The translations under genes were made by a program, and so were the position numbers. Positions 1 to 8,994 of a DNA stretch of 64,000 bases are shown here, piece after piece (position 1 is the first letter of the stretch; each line of letters starts with the position of its first letter). The DNA comes from an uncultured Candidatus Saccharibacteria bacterium (GTDB lineage Bacteria > Patescibacteriota > Minisyncoccia > Phycocordibacterales > UBA9973). The stretch covers positions 647 through 64,646 of the forward strand of contig CAYVDC010000008.1 of assembly GCA_964450735.1 (NCBI GenBank), given 5' to 3'. The notes below the pieces were generated by a model, which ran no database searches, was not told the origin of the DNA, and saw only the letters and a program-made list of their open reading frames with translations.

Positions 1-1
1 T

Positions 2-1291
2 ATGGCTGCCGAGACCCATGTGTATGTTCCTGGCGACAGGAGGGCTAAAAATTTTGTTGCTTCATACTGTGGTCCACTTGGAAGCAAGGAGCCGTGCGAT
101 TCTACTTTACCATCATATAATCCTGCAACAGATATGACGGAATTCGTTTTTACATATCCGACCACAACTCGCCTGTATAGCGGTTTTGGCATGACGATTG
201 CTGTCGGCTTTGAAAAAGGAGTTCTTGCTTCGCCGACGAAATTGGACAGGGTGCTTGCATGGCTCAGTGATCATTGGTTTTATCCGGTTCCGCTCATTAT
301 TGTCGTGTTGTGGTTCAAAAAGCCCTTCAAGAGGTGGCTTCGCCGAAGAAAATTTTATAAAAACAATCCACTTGTTGTTGAATATGATGCAAATGGTTTT
401 AGCCCTCTTGAATCAGCAGGAACCCTTCATGGAGGAATTCTTCCTAAAGATCTTTCTGCGGAGATCATTTATCTCGCTACTCAAGGATATTTGAATATTA
501 GAAAAAACGATGATATATATTCTTTTGTAAGTACAGGGAAGAATACTGATGGATTGAAATATTACGACAGAGCGCTGCTCGATGGCATTGCAGGCAAAAA
601 CGAATCCGAACTGTCTGACGCTTTTTATGTCACTGCAGAAATAATCCGCACGAATGTTGGGGAAGAGTTAGAGCGAAATAATATTATTGAACCAAGAAAA
701 ATAAAAAAGGGTTTTAAGCCTGATAATAAGTGGGTGGTGCTCGGGGTTGCATTTTTCCTTGCGGTTAATCCTGGCATCTTTGTATGGCTTATTGCTGGGT
801 GGAAATTTGGATTTATCTTCTCTGTTTCGGCCGTACTGATTGGTATACTTTCGTTGTTCTTTGGTTTTTGTTCAGGTGTCCTGACTGACGCGGGATTTGA
901 GGCAGAACGCAAACTATTAGGTCTTAAGCATTATATCAAGATGGCTGAAGAGGAACGTATTAATTTTCATAATGCTCCGGAAAAGAATCCAGCAACGTTT
1001 GAAAAATTATTGCCATATGCCATGATTTTTGGCTTGGAAAAAAAGTGGGCTAAGGAATTTGAGGGAATATATACTGTGCCTCCGCAATGGTATTCAGATA
1101 CTTCAATGTCTAGCTTTTCAGCCATAACATTTGGTTCGTCACTGGGAAATTTCACAAACAGTTCTTCTTCGGCATTATTTTCTTCACCTTCCTCGAGCTC
1201 TTCAGGCTCTTCCGACGGGGGCTCTTCTGGTTCATCGGGCGGTGGTTCATCCGGCGGAGGGGGTGGAGGAGGTGGGGGAGGAAGTTGGTAA
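2..1291 (+). CDS. DUF2207-like integral membrane protein, 5'-partial (runs in from window edge)
   Basis: ORF open from window start; internal TM helices; C-terminal Ser/Gly tail ending GGGGGGGGGGSW typical of DUF2207 family proteins. Confidence 0.5.
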   Translation: MAAETHVYVPGDRRAKNFVASYCGPLGSKEPCDSTLPSYNPATDMTEFVFTYPTTTRLYSGFGMTIAVGFEKGVLASPTKLDRVLAWLSDHWFYPVPLIIVVLWFKKPFKRWLRRRKFYKNNPLVVEYDANGFSPLESAGTLHGGILPKDLSAEIIYLATQGYLNIRKNDDIYSFVSTGKNTDGLKYYDRALLDGIAGKNESELSDAFYVTAEIIRTNVGEELERNNIIEPRKIKKGFKPDNKWVVLGVAFFLAVNPGIFVWLIAGWKFGFIFSVSAVLIGILSLFFGFCSGVLTDAGFEAERKLLGLKHYIKMAEEERINFHNAPEKNPATFEKLLPYAMIFGLEKKWAKEFEGIYTVPPQWYSDTSMSSFSAITFGSSLGNFTNSSSSALFSSPSSSSSGSSDGGSSGSSGGGSSGGGGGGGGGGSW

Positions 1292-1298
1292 TAGACAA

Positions 1299-1329
1299 AA
1301 CAGCACAACCACTAGGTGTGCTGTTTTGC
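1299..1329 (+). terminator. rho-independent terminator (CAGCACA..TGTGCTG + TTTT)
   Basis: hairpin followed by T-run directly after stop of preceding ORF. Confidence 0.5.
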
Positions 1330-1530
1330 TGTAAATATATGCGTGTTTTGAGGCTCTGAATCTTCTGAAAGGAGCAGACACCACTTGCTGTCATTCATGA
1401 TGCTCCTGCGGAATTCACCAACAATACCAATAGAAAAGAGCTCTACATTAACCCTAAGGAAGACATGTATGGACCGCTTTTTAAGGCATTATCAGATAAT
1501 CAATTAGATTGATATACTATCGATATTCCA

Positions 1531-2541
1531 ATGAAACCAAAGAAAAAAGAATCACTCATCCTCGGACAGATGCTGCAGAAAATCGCTCCTCGAATCGGAG
1601 CGACGGTTATTTCAGAACCAGAATGGGGGATCGTAGGCCAGATCACTTTCAAGAGCGGCAGGCATTCTTACTATAGATATAATACGCTCGACCTCAATCC
1701 GTTGGGTGGTTCTGAAATTGCCACAGACAAAGACTATTCATTCTTCTTCATGAAAAAGATGGGATACCCCGTTGTCCCTGGATCCAAAACATTCTTCTCC
1801 GACGATTGGGCTCAAAAAATCGGTTCCAAAAGAACCATAGATGCAGCTTATCGCCATGCGCAAAAAATCGGTTTTCCTGTCATTGTAAAACCAAACAGCG
1901 GAAGCCAAGGATCGGGGGTTTCCCTTGTACATACCAAGCTTGAATTTTATAAAGCCCTTCGTTCTCTGTTCAAAAAAGTGCGAATCGTACTGGTGCAAAA
2001 ACCGGTTCGGGGTAAAGACTATCGTGTCGTCGTTCTCGACAAGAAAATAATTTCAGCGTATGAGCGTATTCCTCTCAATGTTGTCGGCAATGGCAAATCC
2101 ACAATCAAACAGTTGCTCAACATAAAACAAAAAGAATTTATTGCTTCGAGCCGCGACACGCAGATCAGGGCGGACGATCCTCGAATTTCACTCAAGCTGA
2201 AACATCAGGAATTGGATTTTACTTCTGTTCCTGAGAAAGGGCAACGAGTGTTTCTGCTTGATAATGCCAATCTTTCTACTGGCGGTGATTCATTGGATGT
2301 AACAGGCACTATTCACCCGGCGTTCAAAAAAATTGCCATTCAATTGACCCGCGACATGGGGCTTCGGCTTTGCGGCGTTGATCTGATGGTGGAAGGCGAT
2401 ATCAGCCAGAAACCAAATAAGTATTGGGTTCTTGAAATCAATGCAGCGCCAGGGCTCGATCACTACGTTAAGATCGGCAAAGCGCAAGAAAAGATTGTAG
2501 AAGATTTGTATCTCGAAGTACTCAAGCATATGGAAAAATAA
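1531..2541 (+). CDS. ATP-grasp domain protein (RimK/D-Ala-D-Ala ligase-like fold)
   Basis: IVKPNSGSQGSGVSLV nucleotide-binding motif and overall ATP-grasp layout. Confidence 0.5.
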   Translation: MKPKKKESLILGQMLQKIAPRIGATVISEPEWGIVGQITFKSGRHSYYRYNTLDLNPLGGSEIATDKDYSFFFMKKMGYPVVPGSKTFFSDDWAQKIGSKRTIDAAYRHAQKIGFPVIVKPNSGSQGSGVSLVHTKLEFYKALRSLFKKVRIVLVQKPVRGKDYRVVVLDKKIISAYERIPLNVVGNGKSTIKQLLNIKQKEFIASSRDTQIRADDPRISLKLKHQELDFTSVPEKGQRVFLLDNANLSTGGDSLDVTGTIHPAFKKIAIQLTRDMGLRLCGVDLMVEGDISQKPNKYWVLEINAAPGLDHYVKIGKAQEKIVEDLYLEVLKHMEK

Positions 2542-2544
2542 TCT

Positions 2545-2985
2545 ATGGAAACTCCGCTTCAAGAATTACAAAAAGTACTGTCTGATTGCCAAGGAGCAAT
2601 TTTGTATAAGCCGTTTGCAGGGGAGGTTGATTATTCAGACCCAACATTTCCTTTCAAGATACATTCAGAAATAATTGTATTGCCAAGCGACAAAGAAACC
2701 GATCCATTTGTATTGGCCGCTAAATGTGTAGAACAGTTTAAAAACAAAAATCCTTTTATTTTAATTCCTGGAACTCAATTTGATATGTTTGGCACTCGTC
2801 ATGGAAAAGGGGGAGGTTGGTATGATCGCTTTCTTTCTAAACTGCCAAAAACTTGGCCGAAAATTGGAATTGCTCATGAATCCAAGTTTTCATTTTCCCA
2901 AATCAAGAGAAAGTCATGGGACATTCCAATGGACTGGCTGATAGTTCTTGAAGGAAAAAAGTGGACAGTATACAAAACTCATTAG
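2545..2985 (+). CDS. 5-formyltetrahydrofolate cyclo-ligase family protein (short)
   Basis: IPGTQFDMFGTRHGKGGGWYDRFL matches the MTHFS family core motif (G.G.GYYDR). Confidence 0.6.
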   Translation: METPLQELQKVLSDCQGAILYKPFAGEVDYSDPTFPFKIHSEIIVLPSDKETDPFVLAAKCVEQFKNKNPFILIPGTQFDMFGTRHGKGGGWYDRFLSKLPKTWPKIGIAHESKFSFSQIKRKSWDIPMDWLIVLEGKKWTVYKTH

Positions 2986-3000
2986 AATTCGTTTTTCCGG

Positions 3001-3537
3001 ATGAATCGGGCTTTTACATTGGCCCTAAATGCGCTAGACTACCCCTATATGACAGATGTCCACAAGCGCCCGTCCTGGGATGAATACTTCATGGAAATAA
3101 TGGATGCTGTAGCAAAGCGTGCTACATGCGATAGAGGCCGTTCAGGCTGCGTTATTGCCCATGATAAGCGCATTGTAGCAACCGGTTACGTCGGCTCGGC
3201 TGCAGGCACCAAGCACTGCGACGAGGTTGGTCATGAGATGGCTACCGTTATCAATGATGACGGAACCGAGAGCAAGCATTGCATCCGTACCGCTCATGCA
3301 GAACAAAATGCCATTGTCCATGCTGCCCGCGTTGGAGCAGCATTAGAAGGCAGCACGCTCTACTGCAACATGACGCCATGTTACGCATGCGCAAAAATGA
3401 TCATCAACGCAGGCATTGTTCGCGTTGTCGCAAAGAAAGATTACCATGCAGGCGGACGATCGAAAGAAATTTTTAAGGAAGCAAATATCAAATTTGAACT
3501 TCTCAACGAAGTGATAGAAGTATACTCAAATCAGTAA
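3001..3537 (+). CDS. dCMP deaminase (cytidine/deoxycytidylate deaminase family, ComEB-like)
   Basis: HAEQNAI zinc-binding motif plus PCYACAKMIINAGI (PCxxC) motif. Confidence 0.75.
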   Translation: MNRAFTLALNALDYPYMTDVHKRPSWDEYFMEIMDAVAKRATCDRGRSGCVIAHDKRIVATGYVGSAAGTKHCDEVGHEMATVINDDGTESKHCIRTAHAEQNAIVHAARVGAALEGSTLYCNMTPCYACAKMIINAGIVRVVAKKDYHAGGRSKEIFKEANIKFELLNEVIEVYSNQ

Positions 3538-3538
3538 T

Positions 3539-4075
3539 ATGAAAAAAGTCATTATCGGTTCACAGAACCCAGTTAAAATCGAGGTGGTGCGCCAGGCGTT
3601 TGAACAAGTCTATCCCGAAGACCAGTTTGAATTCATTGGATGCAAAGCAAAGTCCGGCGTTTCCGACCAGCCAAAATCAGATGAAGAAACATTGTCTGGC
3701 GCATTCAACCGCGTGAACCACTGCAAGGAACAATATCCGGATGCAGATTTTTGGGTTGCTTCAGAAAGCGGCGTCATTGACGTTATTCAGCACATGTTTG
3801 AAACAAGCCACATCGTTATCGAATCCAAAGACGGAACGATCGGCCGCGCGAAAGCTGCTTCATTTGAAATTCCAAAACCAATCGCAGATGACATCCGCAG
3901 GAATGGCGTGGAGCTTGGAGTGGCGGCAGACAACCTCTTTGGCGTATCAAATTCAAAGCAGCAGGGAAGCATTATCGGTCTTCTGACCAACAATCTCGTC
4001 AACCGAACCTCAACGTATGTACAGAGCGCCATCTTTGCGCTTATCCGCCACAAGCACCCTGAGCTCTATAAATAG
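3539..4075 (+). CDS. inosine/xanthosine triphosphatase, YjjX-like (non-canonical NTP pyrophosphatase)
   Basis: N-terminus MKKVIIGSQNPVKIEVVRQAF closely parallels E. coli YjjX (VVCATTNPAKIQAILQAF); size about 175 aa. Confidence 0.6.
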   Translation: MKKVIIGSQNPVKIEVVRQAFEQVYPEDQFEFIGCKAKSGVSDQPKSDEETLSGAFNRVNHCKEQYPDADFWVASESGVIDVIQHMFETSHIVIESKDGTIGRAKAASFEIPKPIADDIRRNGVELGVAADNLFGVSNSKQQGSIIGLLTNNLVNRTSTYVQSAIFALIRHKHPELYK

Positions 4076-4122
4076 TTTGACTGATTCGCGAAGCATGGTA
4101 GAGTGAAGAAAAATGATAGAAT

Positions 4123-4683
4123 ATGATACCGAGCAAACACTTTACCGACCAAGACATTGAGGACATTGCGAATGCCTCATCATTTACTGAATTATTTAAA
4201 ATAGCTGAAAGGATACTTTCTAAAATGCCAGACGGTGTAGCGGGAATATGCGATCCAATTTCACAACACCGGGCAAAACATGAAAAGGAAACACTTTTTA
4301 CAAAAACAACCCAGGCTTTGATTGAAAAAGGATATGTAATTTTTGATGACCGTCCTTTTTTTAAGAAAATCAATGAACTGAAAGAGAATTGGTTTATTGC
4401 CCACAACCCTTCTAATGGAATTTGTACAGCGATTGTGGATGAATTTTTTATGCCGCTTCTTGCGACACGGAAAATCAAAACACTTTTAACCTTTCCAAAT
4501 TTCGACGTTTTCTATACCTCCTATTGGGAAGGCAGCCATGCAAAAGACTATGGCATAAAAGTACATGAGCTACCTTTTAACTGGCATGCAACATGCAGTG
4601 TTGAATCGCTTGCAGGTTTCGGCCTTGTGAAAGATACTTCAAATACAGGCCAAAACCCTGCTCCGCTTTCAGCAACTAATTAA
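4123..4683 (+). CDS. hypothetical protein
   Basis: 186-aa ORF in same orientation as the upstream nucleotide-metabolism genes; no recognisable motif. Confidence 0.4.
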   Translation: MIPSKHFTDQDIEDIANASSFTELFKIAERILSKMPDGVAGICDPISQHRAKHEKETLFTKTTQALIEKGYVIFDDRPFFKKINELKENWFIAHNPSNGICTAIVDEFFMPLLATRKIKTLLTFPNFDVFYTSYWEGSHAKDYGIKVHELPFNWHATCSVESLAGFGLVKDTSNTGQNPAPLSATN

Positions 4684-4707
4684 TTTACTCATCAAATCTG
4701 TTATCCT

Positions 4708-4745
4708 AAATAGCCGACCTAACCCGTTGGCTATTTTTTTATATA
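4708..4745. terminator. bidirectional hairpin terminator between convergent genes (overlaps folA stop)
   Basis: ATAGCCGAC..GTTGGCTAT stem followed by T7 on + strand and A-run on - strand. Confidence 0.4.
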
Positions 4746-5216
4746 TTCAGTAAAGACGAGACGGTACTGATTTTCATTATCAGCCTCCTGAATTTTTTCT
4801 GAACTTTTTTTCCAGCTGTCATCGATAGTGGGGAAGAATGTGTCCGCGTCGAAAGCCTGATCAACATGAGTGATATAAAGCTTGTCCGCATAGGGAAGGC
4901 TCATCTTGTACATTTCAGCTCCGCCGATGTCGAATACTTCCTCGTCGGTATTTTTGAAAAGTTCCAATGCTTCTTCCATCGAATGTGCTACTTCGATACC
5001 TTCAGCTGAATAATTCTGATCGCGAGTAATGACGATATTGCGGCGGTTTGGCAGGGCATGGGCAATTGATTCAAATGTCTTGCGTCCCATGATAACGGCA
5101 TGCCCGCGAGTGGTGTCTCGGAAATGCTTCATGTCGGCAGGAAGATGCCAGAGAAGCTGGTTGTCTTTGCCAAGTTCGTTATTTTTGCCGATAGCGGCGA
5201 TGAGGGAGAGGATCAT
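4731..5216 (-). CDS. folA: dihydrofolate reductase
   Basis: MILSLIAAIGKNNELGKDNQLLWHLPADMKHFRDTTRGHAVIMGRKTFESI is a classical DHFR N-terminus; start moved to internal Met (track ORF 4731..5285 would overlap upstream gene). Confidence 0.8.
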   Translation of the reverse strand: MILSLIAAIGKNNELGKDNQLLWHLPADMKHFRDTTRGHAVIMGRKTFESIAHALPNRRNIVITRDQNYSAEGIEVAHSMEEALELFKNTDEEVFDIGGAEMYKMSLPYADKLYITHVDQAFDADTFFPTIDDSWKKSSEKIQEADNENQYRLVFTEYIKK

Positions 5217-5251
5217 AAACGTATAGTAGCGTATTTCAAAGTTTTTTTCAT

Positions 5252-6949
5252 CTATGCCACTTCTTTTTGGTAGCACTCCACACAATAGATTCTTTTGTTC
5301 GTGTCTTCAGGAAACGCTGTCGTAATAGGCTTTTCACAATTCGCGCACGTGCTTTCACGAAGGATCGGCAGATTTAACTTCATAAAGCGTTCGCTCTCTC
5401 GGCACTTTGGGCAGCGAGTAGGAAGTGGGATGTTTAACTTTCTGAGAATCGAAAGCTCAAGGGGGGCGATGCGGTACTTTTTGTCGCAGGTCATGCAAGC
5501 AATGGCCTCATTGGTGATCGCGTCGGTGACTTCTGCAATCGTTTGAGGTAAACCATATCCATCAATGGTTGCTTCAACATTCTGCACTTCTTCATCGTTC
5601 CAGAAATAACCCTCGCTAAGAGCCTGTTCTTTTGTCTTCCAGAAATACTTCGATGCGTTCGCGCCATTGTAGGCGAATTTTGAAAATTCCGTTGGGAAGA
5701 ATTCACCGTAGAAATATTCTTTTCCTGTCTTATCGGTGTATGGTTGGACTTTCATATCGGCGATAATTTCCTCTCGCATTTTTTCATATGTTTCTTTGTC
5801 GTATTCTTTGTTGAGGATGGCGTACTTTTTGCGTTTGAGGTTAACGCAGCCAAGGTTGTACTTCGCGGCTACACACCACATAGAATACTCAGTTTCCATG
5901 ACATCAGGGAAGCAGTAGACGGAGAATTTTACCTTGCTGACATTGTCGCCAATGTTCGCTGATTCGTAGATAAGTTCTGCTCCATTGCCCCAGCCAGAAT
6001 AATCTTTGCAGTCTCGTGCAGGCGCGACAGTTATAAACTGGCAGTCACTGCAGTCTTCAGCACCGGTTGAGATAAACATGTTCTTGGAGTTCTTGGATTG
6101 GTACGTGTATTCCCCGGTTACATTAACGTTCATGGTATTGCCGCTGTATTCACGATACGGGTAATGATCCCAAAATTCCTGAATCTGCGCTTTGAGGTTC
6201 TCAATGCCTTCGCGAGTATCAAGTCGGAATTCTTTTACTTTTTCAAAATATTCTTCTTTTGAATATTTTTCGTTAAAGATGCAGTATGAAGCGCCGCGCA
6301 TATTCACGCAGCCGACGCAGTTGATGCAGCCGGAAAGATTTCTCGAGAACCAGACATCAGTACATGAATCGCACTCTTCAGAATAGAAAGTACGGTAACT
6401 TTTGTTTTGCCCGATCGATTCGTAGCACAACTCGGATTCCTGCATTCGCATGCAGTCGGAAATATCCTTACTATTGTTCAAGTATGAAGAGAAGCAGACA
6501 TTTTCACAGTAGTCGAGCCAAGTCGCAAGCAAGCAATTTTTGCCGTATGCGATTGCGTTGCAATAGTCGCAATCTTTGAGGGTGAGGTAGGTGGTTTCTA
6601 GTGCACAATATGGAGTCTTGTTTGAAAGTTCTTGTACCTGCTCCAAAAACGGCCGCGAAGGATCGTAATCCATTGCGTACTCGCTGCCGTCCCACTCATC
6701 TGCCCACCAGCATGGCTGGCAATAGACAGTAATGTCCTGCGTTGGGGGATACATTGAAAGGGTACGCTTCGCGCATTTGTCGCAGTTTCTCCAAAACAAA
6801 GACCAGCCGTTCACAAATGAAGTTCGTCGGATCAATCGGCAAAGGGAACACCATGTCGGAGGAGGCACACTTACCTTCGAGTAATAATCAAAATCTTCTG
6901 AAGAGATTGTGAAGTCATTTCTGCAGTTTTGGCAGGATTTAGTTTCCAT
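5252..6949 (-). CDS. cysteine-rich protein with N- and C-terminal tandem CxxC zinc-ribbon pairs; function unknown
   Basis: 565-aa ORF; four CxxC pairs in first 75 aa (CQNC, CSLC, CDKC, CQPC), four in last 85 aa (CMTC, CPKC, CANC, CVEC), many further Cys/Trp/Tyr between; translationally coupled to flanking genes. Confidence 0.6.
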   Translation of the reverse strand: METKSCQNCRNDFTISSEDFDYYSKVSVPPPTWCSLCRLIRRTSFVNGWSLFWRNCDKCAKRTLSMYPPTQDITVYCQPCWWADEWDGSEYAMDYDPSRPFLEQVQELSNKTPYCALETTYLTLKDCDYCNAIAYGKNCLLATWLDYCENVCFSSYLNNSKDISDCMRMQESELCYESIGQNKSYRTFYSEECDSCTDVWFSRNLSGCINCVGCVNMRGASYCIFNEKYSKEEYFEKVKEFRLDTREGIENLKAQIQEFWDHYPYREYSGNTMNVNVTGEYTYQSKNSKNMFISTGAEDCSDCQFITVAPARDCKDYSGWGNGAELIYESANIGDNVSKVKFSVYCFPDVMETEYSMWCVAAKYNLGCVNLKRKKYAILNKEYDKETYEKMREEIIADMKVQPYTDKTGKEYFYGEFFPTEFSKFAYNGANASKYFWKTKEQALSEGYFWNDEEVQNVEATIDGYGLPQTIAEVTDAITNEAIACMTCDKKYRIAPLELSILRKLNIPLPTRCPKCRESERFMKLNLPILRESTCANCEKPITTAFPEDTNKRIYCVECYQKEVA

Positions 6950-7793
6950 TTGTTTTATTTAAAACATCAGTTAATACATCAAGTCTGAAGATCATGAACC
7001 GTCGCAGTTCCTCTGTTCGTTCCGTCGGATCTTTTTCTTTTAAAAAATTAAAATCATCACTCATGATATTCAATTTAGATTTTTTAATTATTGCACTCCA
7101 GAACGCAGTATCTTCTAGCCCTTCTTTGAGAGCCTCAGATTTTTTTTGTAGCTCATCCTTCGCTTCAGGCATTTTAGGTTGAACTGGAAAGCCAAGAGCC
7201 GTTAATAAATTAATAACACTTCTCTTTAAACTCTCTTTTTCTCCATACGATGGAAGAACAGCTAACCTCCATTTTATATCTTTAATTAACTTGTCTTTTG
7301 GATAGTCGGGCGAATATGTGGCATCTGCCCAAGAACCATGGAATGCTTCTCCATAGTCATAGTGAGCAAATTTATTTTCCTCGGTCTTCGTTACATTATC
7401 TCCGAGAAATAATTTATCCCAATCGGAGAAAACATATTCTAACAAAAAGATTTCCGCTTCCAGTTCGCCTCTTCGTGCGGGGTCGGTATTTTCAAGATTC
7501 ATTTTCCTTGAATAATAAGTGCCGTCTTTTTCTATTATATCTGAAGAATGCAGAATACCCTTGGTTAGAAGAGATACAAAGTGTTCTACAGCTGGATTTT
7601 GCCGGTGGGGTGCTATATCTATTCTCTTCTCTATATATTCGTCTCCGCTGTCTACGTCTTCAAACTTACTGATGGGCACTTTGATTTTTTTATTGTTTTC
7701 GTCGAAAGAATAAAAAGTCTCCGAGGTTTCTTTTTTAACCAAGTTCAGTTTGTCGGATAGAGGGGAGGTATTGAAGGGGTTGAATTTTTCCAT
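6939..7793 (-). CDS. hypothetical protein (operon member between thyA and Cys-rich gene)
   Basis: about 285-aa ORF from MEKFNPF; stop overlaps start of downstream gene by 11 nt, start abuts thyA stop. Confidence 0.5.
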   Translation of the reverse strand: MEKFNPFNTSPLSDKLNLVKKETSETFYSFDENNKKIKVPISKFEDVDSGDEYIEKRIDIAPHRQNPAVEHFVSLLTKGILHSSDIIEKDGTYYSRKMNLENTDPARRGELEAEIFLLEYVFSDWDKLFLGDNVTKTEENKFAHYDYGEAFHGSWADATYSPDYPKDKLIKDIKWRLAVLPSYGEKESLKRSVINLLTALGFPVQPKMPEAKDELQKKSEALKEGLEDTAFWSAIIKKSKLNIMSDDFNFLKEKDPTERTEELRRFMIFRLDVLTDVLNKTNGN

Positions 7794-7797
7794 ATGG

Positions 7798-8757
7798 TTA
7801 CACCGCAATTGGTGCTTTAATTGCCGGATGTGGCTCGTAATTCTCAAGAGTGAAGTCTTCGTACTTGAAATCGAAAATATTTTTCACTTCAGGATTAAGT
7901 TTCATGGTCGGCTGTGGACGTGGTTCGCGAGAGAGCTGTTCTTTCGCTTGTTCGATGTGGTTGAGATAGAGGTGCGTGTCTCCGCCGGTCCAGATGAATT
8001 CACCGACTTCAAGTCCGGCAACCTGCGCCATCATCATAGTGAGAAGCGCATATGAAGCGATATTAAACGGAACGCCCAAGAAAAAGTCTCCGCTTCTTTG
8101 GTAGAGCTGGCACGACAGTTTCCCGTTAAGTACATGAAACTGGAAAAGGGAATGGCATGGCGGCGGCGCGTGATTGTGGTCATGGATGAGTTCGAAGATT
8201 TCTCCGACATTCCAGCCCGAAACCATGATGCGTCGTGAAGACGGATCGTTCTTCAACATATCTACAACATTTTGAATCTGGTCGATCTCATTTCCTTTGC
8301 GTGTTTCCCATCGGCGCCATTGCTTGCCGTAGATCGGTCCAAGTTCACCCCATTCGTTTGCGAATGCATCATCGGCTTTGATCTGCTCAACAAACCATAC
8401 AAGTTTTGCGTCCCATTCCGGAGAGTAACGAGGAAGGGTTTCGTTGAGTCCATTTTTTTCGAGGTATACCTGGAATGCCCATTCATTCCAAATCTTCACG
8501 TCGTTGCGAACCAAATATTTGATATTGGTATCACCAGTCAAAAACCAAAGAAGTTCGTGAATGATTCCGCGGATGAATACTTTTTTGGTTGTGAGAAGGG
8601 GAAAGCCTTTTGAAAGGTCGAATCGCATCTGGTGTCCAAAGACGCTCCGTGTACCCACACCTGTTCGCTCGGTACGGTCAGTTCCGTGGTCGAGAATATG
8701 CTGCATAAGCGACAAGTATTCCTTGTCTGCGTGTTCATGAGCTTCGTAGGATTTCAT
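7798..8757 (-). CDS. thyA: thymidylate synthase (ThyA, long form with about 50-aa insert as in L. casei-type TS)
   Basis: [41 protein letters not shown] (catalytic Cys) motifs. Confidence 0.9.
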   Translation of the reverse strand: MKSYEAHEHADKEYLSLMQHILDHGTDRTERTGVGTRSVFGHQMRFDLSKGFPLLTTKKVFIRGIIHELLWFLTGDTNIKYLVRNDVKIWNEWAFQVYLEKNGLNETLPRYSPEWDAKLVWFVEQIKADDAFANEWGELGPIYGKQWRRWETRKGNEIDQIQNVVDMLKNDPSSRRIMVSGWNVGEIFELIHDHNHAPPPCHSLFQFHVLNGKLSCQLYQRSGDFFLGVPFNIASYALLTMMMAQVAGLEVGEFIWTGGDTHLYLNHIEQAKEQLSREPRPQPTMKLNPEVKNIFDFKYEDFTLENYEPHPAIKAPIAV

Positions 8758-8994
8758 ACATTGAGTGTAGCAAATTGAGGGGAGAGATTCTAATTTGACA
8801 ATTATATTGATACATGTTACGATAGCTCTATCATTCTCACTTTATCTTATCGGGAATGCGATTGTGGCATTGCCCTCTTCTAAATGTGTTGTCTTGACCC
8901 AGAACCTATTGGTCATGCGACACTCTGTCGCGCATTTCATTTTGCCTGACCAAAGGTAGAGCTATCGGGTTTTGACCATGACAACATAATAACC

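Noticed and set aside
967-1308. minus-strand ORF encoding a poly-proline/acidic peptide
   Set aside because: It is the antisense shadow of the Gly/Ser-rich tail of the DUF2207 gene; low-complexity mirror ORF.
3279-3476. 65-aa Cys/Arg-rich alternative-frame ORF
   Set aside because: Lies entirely within the dCMP deaminase gene in another frame; artefact.
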